Position numbers and translations under genes: made by a program. The notes under the pieces were generated by a model. It ran no database searches and was not told the DNA's origin. It saw only the letters and a list, made by a program, of their open reading frames with translations. A stretch of DNA of 63,158 bases, the filler included. It is 5 parts of 5 records of this genome, joined end to end, with 100 filler letters (N's around TTAATTAATTAA, not from the genome) between each part and the next. Parts side by side here need not be neighbours in the genome. Positions count along the whole stretch, not along the records: positions 21,179 to 39,824 come from SRR31156797_17600; 4 more parts are not named here. The stretch is one strand, 5' to 3'. Position 1 is the first letter of the stretch. Every line of letters begins with the position of its first letter. Below, one piece after another: positions 28,514 through 38,523 of this stretch.

Positions 28514-29083
28514 CTACTTTTTCTTACGAATACGGCTTAAACTCTCTGGTGTGATTCCAAGGTAAGAGGCTATATAAACCAAGGGAACACGCTGAAACAT
28601 ATCCGGTTGTTCTTTTAGCATAGTTTGATATCTGTCTTCGGCAGAATCCCACATAGTGGCATTTAATCTTTCCAAGGCATTGATGTATGCCTTTTGAAAT
28701 AAGATGCGGAAATATCGTTCCAATTTTGGAATACGGGTATATAATTCTTCCAGCTGTTCAAAAGATATCCGAAGTAATTCTGAATTCTCTAAAGCCTCAA
28801 TATAATAATGCGAAGGTTTTTGTGTGAAAAAACTTTGTAAATCACTAATCCAGCTATTATCCATTCGTATTTGATAGATATGTTCATTTCCCTTGTCATC
28901 TACAAAATACGAACGCAAACACCCCTTGGTAATAAAATAGATATACTTACATGTTTCTCCAGCTTCGAGCAAATCCTTTTTCTTCTTTATAGCACACGAC
29001 TCAAAACTAGATTTGATAATCTCTTCTTCCTCTGGGGTAAGCTTTACCCACTTATTAAAGTAGTATAACAGTTTATTATCCAT
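28514..29083 (-). CDS. Crp/Fnr family transcriptional regulator
   Basis: cNMP-binding-like FITKGCLRSY; IASYLGITPESLSRIR HTH. Confidence 0.92.
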   Translation of the reverse strand: MDNKLLYYFNKWVKLTPEEEEIIKSSFESCAIKKKKDLLEAGETCKYIYFITKGCLRSYFVDDKGNEHIYQIRMDNSWISDLQSFFTQKPSHYYIEALENSELLRISFEQLEELYTRIPKLERYFRILFQKAYINALERLNATMWDSAEDRYQTMLKEQPDMFQRVPLVYIASYLGITPESLSRIRKKK

Positions 29084-29274
29084 CGTATGTTTTATATATA
29101 AAGAAGTTTGTTTTATGTCAGAACAAATCTAAAATAAAATTATGGATTGAAATTGTCTACCGGAAAGATTCCTCTAATTAATAAAACAAAATAATTATAT
29201 TTACTTCAACTAAATTATGTATATAAGATTTTCATCATTACTTAAACATACTTAACCTGACTTCAGAAAAAACG

Positions 29275-29760
29275 ATGAATATAAAGTTTCACTCCACTGT
29301 AATTATTGCTGATGATTTTGAGCTGATGAAAAGCTTTTATCAAGATGTATTGCATCAGGAAATTGAATTTGATTTTGGCAATTGCATCGGTTTTAAAAAT
29401 GGTCTCTCCCTTTGGAAACTAAAAGAAGAATACACCATTAGCCAGAAGCTTGGCATCACTTTTCATCCTAACGGAAACAAAAACCTGGAAATATGCTTTG
29501 AGACGGATGATTTTGAACTGGTCATTGAAAACCTGAAATCACACTCGTTGAATTACCTGCATGAGGTAAACGAGGAACCTTGGGGACAGCAAACCATTCG
29601 CTTTTACGATCCTGAAAACAATTTGATAGAAATAGGAGAAACCATTCCCTGCTTTGTTAAACGCTTCTATAAACAAGGCATGACAATTGAAGAAGTTTCA
29701 AAACGTACATCTGTTCCCATTCAAATGGTTGAAAAAATATGCCAGACAAGCGAAGTTTAA
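29275..29760 (+). CDS. VOC/glyoxalase family protein with a short C-terminal HTH-like tail
   Basis: SFYQDVL, EPWGQQTIRFYDPENNLIEIGE; tail GMTIEEVSKRTSVP. Confidence 0.85.
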   Translation: MNIKFHSTVIIADDFELMKSFYQDVLHQEIEFDFGNCIGFKNGLSLWKLKEEYTISQKLGITFHPNGNKNLEICFETDDFELVIENLKSHSLNYLHEVNEEPWGQQTIRFYDPENNLIEIGETIPCFVKRFYKQGMTIEEVSKRTSVPIQMVEKICQTSEV

Positions 29761-30092
29761 CATACGATGGCTTTGTTCCTCCTTGTGCTATATATTGTGG
29801 TACCTGTCCGGTTTTTATACGCACAAAAAACGCGTGCCCAGGAGGAAGCCTGGGGTGCAAAACCCGTAAATGCAAAGGCATATATGTTTGCTGTGTGGAG
29901 AAAAAAGGATTAGAGTTTTGCTTTCAATGCCAAATCTATCCATGTAGCCGTTATAGCAAATTTGCACAACGATGGCTAAAACACGGTCAGAACCTGCTGG
30001 CAAACCAGGAATATATTAAAGTCAATGGGAAGAATCAGTTTATCGTTGAAATGAATATTTCAGATAAATCAATAACAAGAATTACAAAATAA
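29739..30092 (+). CDS. DUF3795 Cys-rich protein
   Basis: PCAIYCGTC, CPG, CC..KGLEFCFQC..YPC. Confidence 0.75.
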   Translation: MPDKRSLTYDGFVPPCAIYCGTCPVFIRTKNACPGGSLGCKTRKCKGIYVCCVEKKGLEFCFQCQIYPCSRYSKFAQRWLKHGQNLLANQEYIKVNGKNQFIVEMNISDKSITRITK

Positions 30093-30136
30093 AAAGAATT
30101 AGAAAACACATGTTCAATATTTAAAAACCTGACAAA

Positions 30137-30598
30137 ATGATTAAAACACAAATCACCTTATTAAAGAGTCTTACTTTAGTTTCTTTTATTGTACTGAGCT
30201 TACATAGCTGCTCAACTAAAACATTTAACCTTGCATCTTCTGAAAAAAACAATGCAAAACAAATCATTGGCACCAGGCAATTGTGCAACGCAAAGGATAG
30301 TCTGGTTATCACAAATTTTGACCACAAGGATGGCCAAAAGAGAATCAAAATTATAACTCCCGCAACTTTTACTGTTATCGATTATATTGATAGTCCTAAC
30401 GAAATGTACGCTGCTTTTATGGGTTCATACAATTTAAAATCGGACTATTACACAGAAACGATTGAACATACAGGAAGAGGTTATCAGCGATATTTAAACG
30501 AAAAAAACACTTTTATGCTGGAAATAGATGGAGATTACATGACCATTTGTGCGGCAGATAATAACTATGGCCCGGAACTCTGGAAAAGGGTGAAGTAA
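30137..30598 (+). CDS. Hypothetical lipoprotein (lipocalin-like/DUF4488-like)
   Basis: Lipobox LHSC; GSY...YTETIE; ELWKRVK terminus. Confidence 0.65.
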   Translation: MIKTQITLLKSLTLVSFIVLSLHSCSTKTFNLASSEKNNAKQIIGTRQLCNAKDSLVITNFDHKDGQKRIKIITPATFTVIDYIDSPNEMYAAFMGSYNLKSDYYTETIEHTGRGYQRYLNEKNTFMLEIDGDYMTICAADNNYGPELWKRVK

Positions 30599-30629
30599 AT
30601 AATGTTTTTATTTAAAAAATAAATAGACT

Positions 30630-31880
30630 ATGAAACCCATATTATTTTTGTTTTTAATAACACTTAATATATCAATTTATGCACAAGAAAGTGGAATCAT
30701 TTTTACTAATGATTCTACTTTTGAACAAGTACTGGCAAGATCTAAAGCTGAAGGAAAAGATATTTTTATTGATTGTTATACAACCTATTGCGGGCCATGT
30801 AAAATCTTAGCAAAAGAAGTTTTTACTCAAAAAGAAGTTGGTGATTTTTATAATAAGCACTTTATCAACTTTAAAATTGATATGCAAACACCAGAGGGAA
30901 TAAAAATTAAAGAAGTATTTAATGTTGATTGTTATCCTACTCTGCTTTATTTAAATGCTAACGGTGAATTATTATTAAGAAGTTTTGGTGGTAGAAATGA
31001 AAAAGATGTAATATATTTTGGAGAGATAGCTAGAGATACCACTAAGAATTATTTGGCTTGTAAAAAAAATGTTGCCAATGAAATACTAAGCGAAGATATT
31101 TTATTCACTTATTTTGTTTGCAATATGGAAAAGCACGATAAAGACAGCTTGATATCCAAATATTTTAACTCATTAAGTTTAGATGAAAAATATCAAATGA
31201 AAAGCCTGAGTTTCTGTTGCAATTTTTCCAGCAACATAGAAATGGATTTTTTTAATTTTCTGTATAAAAACAGAAAAAGTTATATCAATAAGTTTGGTGT
31301 TGCTGAAGTATACGGTAAAATATATTCTATCTATAATAATTATTTAATGGCGAATTCATGGAATTCAAACAAGTCAACATTACTAATGAATTCAGATAGT
31401 TTATATTATAGTAATATAATTGGAGATTTAAAAACTCAATCTGCTTATAACGAATATGAAAATAATATAAAAGACTTTAGTAAGTGGAATAACTTTATTT
31501 CAACCTCAAAGGAAATATTATTGTCTTCAACAGAGATGAGATTTAATTCAAATAATGTATGCTGGACAATTTTAGAAAATTATAAACAGTTTAATGATAC
31601 GATAGCCTTGGATGTGGCTAAAAAAATCAGTTATAATATGATTTTAGAATATCCGGATAATCCCATGTATATTAACACCTACGCACATGTATTATATGAA
31701 TTGGGATATATAACAGATGCTATCAAATACGAAGAAAATGCGTTAAAGGAATTTGAAGTTGAGAGTAATCTTTATAGAATGTATAAAAGTTCTGAACTAT
31801 TAGGGCAAATTAAGGAATACTATAACTCTGAATTAGAGAAGTTCAGAAGATCATTGCAAGATAAGAATCTACAATTATGA
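30630..31880 (+). CDS. Exported thioredoxin-family protein with helical/TPR-like C-terminus
   Basis: Signal peptide, IFIDCYTTYCGPCK, YPT cis-Pro; NTYAHVLYELG. Confidence 0.85.
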   Translation: MKPILFLFLITLNISIYAQESGIIFTNDSTFEQVLARSKAEGKDIFIDCYTTYCGPCKILAKEVFTQKEVGDFYNKHFINFKIDMQTPEGIKIKEVFNVDCYPTLLYLNANGELLLRSFGGRNEKDVIYFGEIARDTTKNYLACKKNVANEILSEDILFTYFVCNMEKHDKDSLISKYFNSLSLDEKYQMKSLSFCCNFSSNIEMDFFNFLYKNRKSYINKFGVAEVYGKIYSIYNNYLMANSWNSNKSTLLMNSDSLYYSNIIGDLKTQSAYNEYENNIKDFSKWNNFISTSKEILLSSTEMRFNSNNVCWTILENYKQFNDTIALDVAKKISYNMILEYPDNPMYINTYAHVLYELGYITDAIKYEENALKEFEVESNLYRMYKSSELLGQIKEYYNSELEKFRRSLQDKNLQL

Positions 31881-32764
31881 ATACTACCCTTAAAATTATA
31901 TTACTTTGCAGCATTAATCTTATTGCATTAATCTCATCTGCTCAGTTTAAAACCAAACAATACGATAAAGAAGCCTTTTTGATTGGCACATTAAACGAAT
32001 ACATGGGCTATCAACGTACTTTTAGTAGTGGTAATACTTTTTACTTTCAACGGATAGATATTATTTCAAGAAACGAATTAAAGCATGCGCTCTTTATTGA
32101 CTCCCTTTTTAGTGCGGATTATAATGACATAACGATTGTAAATAATGGTGCACCAATGGGCATAAAAATATACTCACCCGCACTTTCTAGCAAAATAGAC
32201 AGATATTATAATTATGAGGTGATGAATGGTCATACTACCAGACAAGGAGATACGATATATAAAGGAGATGTTGATATTCATCAATTGACAAATTCAAAGC
32301 AAAAGCTGTCTTATTTATTAGGTGCTTATCTTCGCTTTGGTAAAAATGAAAAAAGCACCCAGTCTATTATTCAATATTTAAAAGAAAATAGTCATTGGCC
32401 TAATGTAAATAGCCATACAGATATTTACTATGCTATTTCATTTCCCAATGCCACATCAAAAGCAAAATGTTGCGAAATACTTTTAAAAGAATTCAACTGC
32501 AAAAACGTTCTGTATGCCTATAGAAATACTATTCCTGCAGGTCATTATGTAGTTTTTACTCCTTCACCTAAAATCAAGAAAGTAATAGACGAAGCAGAAG
32601 GATTATCTAAATTAATTGCTAACATAAATACTGACCACATTGAGTTTACAAGCGATGGCGAAAAATATATTTGGCAAGAGCCTTACAAGCCTTCAAAAGT
32701 TAAACAGCAGTTTGATTTGAAAAAGCTTGAGGGCATTATGGTTAAACCAATTTCAGAACTGTAA
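31877..32764 (+). CDS. Exported hypothetical protein with two degenerate LAGLIDADG-like helices
   Basis: Signal peptide (SSAQ); AFLIGTLNEYMG and SYLLGAYLRFG. Confidence 0.7.
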   Translation: MNTTLKIILLCSINLIALISSAQFKTKQYDKEAFLIGTLNEYMGYQRTFSSGNTFYFQRIDIISRNELKHALFIDSLFSADYNDITIVNNGAPMGIKIYSPALSSKIDRYYNYEVMNGHTTRQGDTIYKGDVDIHQLTNSKQKLSYLLGAYLRFGKNEKSTQSIIQYLKENSHWPNVNSHTDIYYAISFPNATSKAKCCEILLKEFNCKNVLYAYRNTIPAGHYVVFTPSPKIKKVIDEAEGLSKLIANINTDHIEFTSDGEKYIWQEPYKPSKVKQQFDLKKLEGIMVKPISEL

Positions 32765-32862
32765 AACAATAGCATAAAAGAGTAACTAAATTAAAGAATC
32801 CGTGAAATCCTTATCTTTAGCTTTGATAACAATTTCAAATCGATATAAAACCCACCTACTAA

Positions 32863-33705
32863 ATGCAAAACATAAGATTAAATGATAATCATATTATCCC
32901 TATCATAGGTTATGGCTCCTATAAGGCCAACGAACAAGAAGGCATTGAATCTATTAAGCATGCTCTTGCAAAAGGTTATCGATTAATCGATACAGCTGCT
33001 TTTTACCACAACGAAATTGCCGTCAGCCGAGCTATAACTGAAAGTCAAGTTCCCAGAGAAGAAATTCTTGTAACTACAAAATTGTGGCGCGAACACCTCG
33101 GGTATGAACAAACCAAGCTTCGTTTTCACGAATCCATGAGAAAGTTAGGTTTAGACTACATCGATTTATATTTGATCCACTGGCCGGCCAATGCTAAAAA
33201 TTACAAAAACTGGGAGCAAGCTAATGCAGATACCTGGCTTGCGATGGAAGAGCTTCAGGCTGAAGGAAAAATTAAGTCCATTGGCGTAAGTAATTTTTGG
33301 CCAGAGCACCTGGAATCACTTTTTAAAACGGCTAATGTTAAACCTGCTGTCAACCAAATTGAGTTTCATCCTGGTTATTGGCAACCTGAAGTTACTTCAT
33401 TTTGTCAGGAACATGGCATAACCGTAGAAGCCTGGTCGCCATTAGCCAGAGGTAAAGTTTTTGGAAACACACTTTTAGAATCCATCGCGCAAAAACACAA
33501 CAAAACAGTTTCGCAAGTATGTTTGCGTTGGGTTATTCAGCACAATGTGATTGTTATTCCTAAGTCCACCACACCAGAAAGGATTGAAGAAAACATCGAT
33601 ATATTTGATTTTGAACTAAACCCCGAAGAGATGAAGCTAATTGATAAAATGCCACAAATGGGATTTAGCGGCGAGCTACCTAACAATTGGCCTGATATTA
33701 TATAA
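32863..33705 (+). CDS. Aldo/keto reductase (DkgA/2,5-DKG reductase-like)
   Basis: IDTAAFY, TTKLW, LYLIHWP, IGVSNF, IPKS. Confidence 0.93.
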   Translation: MQNIRLNDNHIIPIIGYGSYKANEQEGIESIKHALAKGYRLIDTAAFYHNEIAVSRAITESQVPREEILVTTKLWREHLGYEQTKLRFHESMRKLGLDYIDLYLIHWPANAKNYKNWEQANADTWLAMEELQAEGKIKSIGVSNFWPEHLESLFKTANVKPAVNQIEFHPGYWQPEVTSFCQEHGITVEAWSPLARGKVFGNTLLESIAQKHNKTVSQVCLRWVIQHNVIVIPKSTTPERIEENIDIFDFELNPEEMKLIDKMPQMGFSGELPNNWPDII

Positions 33706-33831
33706 TTATAGTTTATAAAGTTGTAAATTTCATAAAGTAGTGCTTCTTAACAGGCATAAAAAAGCTCGTTATCAAAAATAAGAATCTGAATAAACTCTGT
33801 GCATTTCAATTTGTTTTAAAATAAAAAAGGT

Positions 33832-34893
33832 ATGCTATTACTTATTGTTTATCTGCTACTGGCATTGGTTATTTCCTTTTTATGCTCCATAATGGAAGCT
33901 GTATTACTCACTACACCACAGTCTTTTATTGTTGTTAAGCTGGAAGCTGGCAAAGGATGGGCTAAATCATTTAACCAATACAAAAACAATATCGATAAAC
34001 CTTTATCTGGTATATTATCCTTAAATACGATTGCCCATACCATTGGCGCGGCCGGTGTTGGAGCTCAAGCCATTAAAGTATTTGGTGAAGCCTATTTTGG
34101 AATTGTTTCTGCAGTGTTAACTATACTTATATTGATTATAACCGAAATCATCCCTAAAACAATTGGAGCTACTTATTGGCGGAAACTTACAGGGTCTACC
34201 GCCCTCTTAATTAAAATCACACTGTTCGTTACCTACCCTTTAGTGGTTTTATCTTCCTTGATTACCAAATTGATTTCCAATCGTAATAGTGAATTAAGCA
34301 CCAGTCGCGAAGAAATTGCTGCATTGGCAAGTATTGGTGCTGAAGAAGGCGTATTTTCCGAAAGCGAAGATAAGATTCTTCAAAACCTGCTTAAATTAAA
34401 AGATGTTCAAGCTAAAAAAATAATGACTCCCAGAGTAGTTGTTGCTGTTGCAGATGAAAACCAAAGTTTAAATTCCTTTCTGGAAAACAAAGGTTATTTA
34501 AACTTTACACGAATTCCAGTTTATGCTAACAATGATGAAAACATTACCGGCTATGTTATTCGTGAACATGTTTTTGAAAATATAGCCGAGCAAAAAACAG
34601 ACATCAAATTAAAAGATATCAAACGCCCCATTATTGTCGTACCTAACTCCATTACTTTATTCTCTATTTGGGAAAAACTCATCGAAAACAAAGAACATAT
34701 TGCTTTAGTTGTAGATGAATATGGTGGTATGGATGGTATTGTTACCATGGAAGATATTATTGAAACCATGTTGGGATTAGAGATTGTTGACGAAAAAGAT
34801 TTAGTAACTGATATGCAGGAATATGCCCGAAGAAAATGGAAAATAAAACAAGCCAGATATAATTTGTTAGATAATGAGCAAAAAAAAGAGTAG
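33832..34893 (+). CDS. CNNM/CorB-family (DUF21 plus CBS) membrane protein
   Basis: SFLCSIMEA, EIIPK, MTPR, VVDEYGG...EDIIE. Confidence 0.9.
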   Translation: MLLLIVYLLLALVISFLCSIMEAVLLTTPQSFIVVKLEAGKGWAKSFNQYKNNIDKPLSGILSLNTIAHTIGAAGVGAQAIKVFGEAYFGIVSAVLTILILIITEIIPKTIGATYWRKLTGSTALLIKITLFVTYPLVVLSSLITKLISNRNSELSTSREEIAALASIGAEEGVFSESEDKILQNLLKLKDVQAKKIMTPRVVVAVADENQSLNSFLENKGYLNFTRIPVYANNDENITGYVIREHVFENIAEQKTDIKLKDIKRPIIVVPNSITLFSIWEKLIENKEHIALVVDEYGGMDGIVTMEDIIETMLGLEIVDEKDLVTDMQEYARRKWKIKQARYNLLDNEQKKE

Positions 34894-35485
34894 CTCAATC
34901 TTAATAATCAGCACTCTCTCATTCTTCAAAACAACAAGTCATCATCTCGTTGTAAGATACTTTCCTTATTAACTCTGCACTTTCGCAATAATTGTTAGCT
35001 CAGCTATTACCCCTATCTATTTAACAGTTAATTCATTTGTGCAAATTATTTTAAACATACCTTCCTGTATTTTACACATACGTCTCACACCCCTAAAATA
35101 CAATTCCTCACCTTTACAATACCATTATAGTTGATTTGGCAGAAACAGAGGCTAACGACATCTTAATTAAATAATTATGATACTTACTCAGCCTATAATT
35201 CTGTATAAGCTTTATTTTAATACAAATACATTCGGTAAAACAGAATCGTTTTATCCTCTAGTGATTATGCAATTGACTCTGCTCGTTATTGGCAAAGCTA
35301 ATTGTTTCAATAAAGGCTCTCCTGCTAACATTTGCTTTATGTACTAAAATTCTTCTGTGAATCATGTCACCTTGTAATACACACTCCTTTATACTTATCG
35401 TTTTTTGATAATAATCAAACTTGATTCCTAAATAATATCACATCATGTTATATAACATGAATTACTTATTTAAAATCTAATAATC

Positions 35486-38062
35486 ATGAAAAAACACATT
35501 TTTTACGTTTTTATGATCTTAGCCATTTTTGACTACTCTCTTATGGCTCAATCCAATATTGCATCAAATGCAACCATTTCAACATCCCATGTATCTTCAT
35601 GGGAAACCCTAAGTGCAGTTAATGATGGATACACACCTTCCAGTTCAACCGATAACTCAAATGGAGCCTATGGAAACTGGAATGGAGAATCCGAATATGG
35701 AACTTACAATTATGTTGAGTATTTATGGAGTTCCTCTCAAAACCTATCCTCTACACAAGTGTATTGGTGGGACGACGGAGCTGGAATTGATCAACCAACA
35801 GATGCTTACATCCAATATTATGATGGAAGCACCTGGGTAACAGTTTCAAACATTGGTATTCAACTAGATCAATGGAATAGCCTAACATTAAATATCGCAA
35901 CAACCGGAATTCGTATTTACATGAAAAGTGATTATGCAACAGGTATATTAGAATGGGAGGCTTATGATGATGGTACTGCTTGTGAAACTAGTGAAACGAC
36001 ACCTTATATTCAAATAAACGACGGGTCATGGGCACAAACCAGCTCTGCAGATTTAAATGCCGGAGATAAAGTTAAATTTGGCCCACAACCAACCAGCGGA
36101 GGTTCCTGGAATTGGAGCAGTCCGAATAGTTTAAGTGCAACAACCCGCGAAATTACTGTAGAAGACATTCAATCATATCAAGCAGGAAACTACTACGCTA
36201 CTTACACAAATGATTGCGGTGCACAAACCATACAAACCTTTACGATTAGCGTGAACGATATTTCAGGAAATTACAATTGGCCAGTATATAGTCCTACCAT
36301 ATCTTATAATTTTTGGGACGATTATGGTGCGTTGAACGCGCCAACTATGGTTTTAGATGACTGTTCTCAAGTAGTCAACACTCAAACTTCAGATTGGTGG
36401 TGTTTCCGTCAAGGATCCGATGCTAATTCTTTAGTGACAAGTGCTGCCATTACTCCAATGCTTCAACGTTTTGAAACCGATTTTGCTTATTTTTCAGACG
36501 AAATGGGATGGCCAAGGGATCTTCGTGCTCAAAACGGATACAAGTGCGGTATTTATTTATACGGATCTGGGCTTTGTACAGACGATGCTTCAAATACCGA
36601 TTTAGGAGGATGGCAAAGTGCGGTATACTATAATGGCACCAACTGGCCTATTGTACTGGCTTCGTATTATCCCGTTTACAGTTTCGATCCAGCATGTACT
36701 TATTCTGATAAAGTAGCCCAACAAGGAGCTATGGTACACGAAGGAATTCATAGTATTCTAGCCAGTTTACCTGGTTGTAGAGATGCTGCCTGGTTCCACG
36801 AAGGTGGTAATACTTGGTTACAACAAACAGCAGATTCTCGCAGAAGTAACAGTTATAACTCCATGGGATTTTTAAATGCCGGTGCAATGATAGCTCCTTT
36901 TATGCCTATAGAATGTTATAGCGGATGGTTACAAGACGGTAGTTTTGGTGGTCCTGCTGCAGAAGGAGTAAACATGTTTAATGGTTCACAACAAATTTGT
37001 ACCTGGAAAAACCTGTTAGGAGGAACTCAATATGGTAACATATTTCCTACTATTCTGGCGCAAATTTTAGGAGATGGTTCTATTCCTTGGATTTGGAAAA
37101 ATTGTCCGTCGAGAGTATTAGAAGGTATGTCGGCTGGTTTAGGTGATACACAAATGCGACGCTTGATTTGCGAGTATAGAGCTAAACAGGCTGTTGTTGA
37201 TCTTGGCGAATGGACTAGTGCTGTTACTGCTCTATTGGATGCCAATATGGGCGTTACTATCCAAGAGGAATGGACACCTTGCAATGTTGATTGTGAACCT
37301 TGGACAGCGACTCCATATGTAGCCACAACCAATAATAACGGTACTTTAACCCCAGCAGCATGGACTTTACCAGGATGGTCAGGAGCCAACCAGATACCTC
37401 TTACTATTAGTGGTTCTTCGGCTACTGTTAATTTCCAACCAATTGGTGCTAATATGAGATGTCAGCTTTGTTACATAGGCACCGATGGAAGTCGTGTGTA
37501 TAGTAATGTTGTTTCAAGTGGTGATTGTACCATTAACTTCGATGTAGCTCCTGCCAATAACGTAGTAATAGCAGTAATTACAAATACTGACTACATTTAC
37601 GAGGGTGAAAGTACACGAACTGCTAAATTTGATTATCGATTAGCGCTAGGTAATGGAATTACAGGTACCGCAGACATTAATTCTCGCTGGTACAAGGGAA
37701 GTAATTTAAAATCAGCAGTTGCCGGAACGTACAATTTCTATGATGTATCTAAATATTGTAGTCACAGCAATTCACTTTCTAAGCAGAAAGCTGTAGCTGA
37801 AATGACAGAAGTTGAAAAAGGTACAACAAAAATATATCCGAACCCGGTATCAAAAGGCGAAACAGTATATATTCAAACCATTACTGGTGAATTTCAATTT
37901 ACTGAAGTTGAAATCTTTGATATGCAAGGAAGCAAAGTATATAGCCAGTTTTATGCTGGTGATGTTGCCATAGATACAGATGAACTTATTGGTAAAGGTG
38001 TATTTATTGTAAGCGTTAGTTCAGGTGGCAAAAAAAGTCATTACAAACTAATCGTTCGCTAA
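35486..38062 (+). CDS. T9SS-secreted multidomain Zn-metallopeptidase-like protein (CBM32/discoidin-like, Ig-like, HEXXH domain, CTD)
   Basis: Signal peptide; HEGIH...WFHEG; C-terminal IYPNP...FDMQG...GVFIV...KLIVR. Confidence 0.8.
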   Translation: MKKHIFYVFMILAIFDYSLMAQSNIASNATISTSHVSSWETLSAVNDGYTPSSSTDNSNGAYGNWNGESEYGTYNYVEYLWSSSQNLSSTQVYWWDDGAGIDQPTDAYIQYYDGSTWVTVSNIGIQLDQWNSLTLNIATTGIRIYMKSDYATGILEWEAYDDGTACETSETTPYIQINDGSWAQTSSADLNAGDKVKFGPQPTSGGSWNWSSPNSLSATTREITVEDIQSYQAGNYYATYTNDCGAQTIQTFTISVNDISGNYNWPVYSPTISYNFWDDYGALNAPTMVLDDCSQVVNTQTSDWWCFRQGSDANSLVTSAAITPMLQRFETDFAYFSDEMGWPRDLRAQNGYKCGIYLYGSGLCTDDASNTDLGGWQSAVYYNGTNWPIVLASYYPVYSFDPACTYSDKVAQQGAMVHEGIHSILASLPGCRDAAWFHEGGNTWLQQTADSRRSNSYNSMGFLNAGAMIAPFMPIECYSGWLQDGSFGGPAAEGVNMFNGSQQICTWKNLLGGTQYGNIFPTILAQILGDGSIPWIWKNCPSRVLEGMSAGLGDTQMRRLICEYRAKQAVVDLGEWTSAVTALLDANMGVTIQEEWTPCNVDCEPWTATPYVATTNNNGTLTPAAWTLPGWSGANQIPLTISGSSATVNFQPIGANMRCQLCYIGTDGSRVYSNVVSSGDCTINFDVAPANNVVIAVITNTDYIYEGESTRTAKFDYRLALGNGITGTADINSRWYKGSNLKSAVAGTYNFYDVSKYCSHSNSLSKQKAVAEMTEVEKGTTKIYPNPVSKGETVYIQTITGEFQFTEVEIFDMQGSKVYSQFYAGDVAIDTDELIGKGVFIVSVSSGGKKSHYKLIVR

Positions 38063-38124
38063 AAGAAAAAAAACGATAAGTAAAAGGAGATACATTAATA
38101 CAAAAAGCAGTTAGCAGAAATATG

Positions 38125-38154
38125 ACGAGGCCGTAGTTTTATGGCCTCGTTTTT
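38125..38154 (+). terminator. Intrinsic terminator
   Basis: ACGAGGCCGTA-GTTT-TATGGCCTCGT-TTTT. Confidence 0.8.
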
Positions 38155-38220
38155 ATTTATAAAATTCTCTATTTATAATTTGGATAGAAAAAACTACCCC
38201 AACAACTTTGTTAAATATTT

Positions 38221-38448
38221 CTTTGGTCAATTAACCATAGCTTGACTTTTCTCGAGGAACACTGTGAGCATATAACCAAAGCTCATCTTTTTACCTGTGA
38301 AGCTTTGGGCAAACGACCATGCCTTCACTTTTTGTTTTTGCCAGCTTTGGGCAGATAACCAAAGCATCACTTTTCGTCAGGGAGACTTTGGTTAAATGAC
38401 CAAAGATCAACTTTTACATGAGTGACGCTTTAGGCAAGTGCCCATTAG
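38221..38448. repeat. Degenerate tandem array, about 5.5 units of 41-42 bp, with CTTTGG-N8-CCAAAG dyad
   Basis: Units start at 38221, 38262, 38303, 38345, 38386 and 38428. Confidence 0.8.
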
Positions 38449-38523
38449 AAATTGAATCAATAATTTTGTCTTAATCACCATCCAACCAATGACCATTATC
38501 TATTAACTACTGACAGCACCTGT

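Noticed and set aside
34894-35485. Long AT-rich intergenic region as a possible riboswitch or ncRNA
   Set aside because: I found no convincing stems or known motif by eye.
38221-38448. CRISPR array
   Set aside because: The repeats are degenerate, the variable segments are only 11-12 nt, and there are no cas genes.
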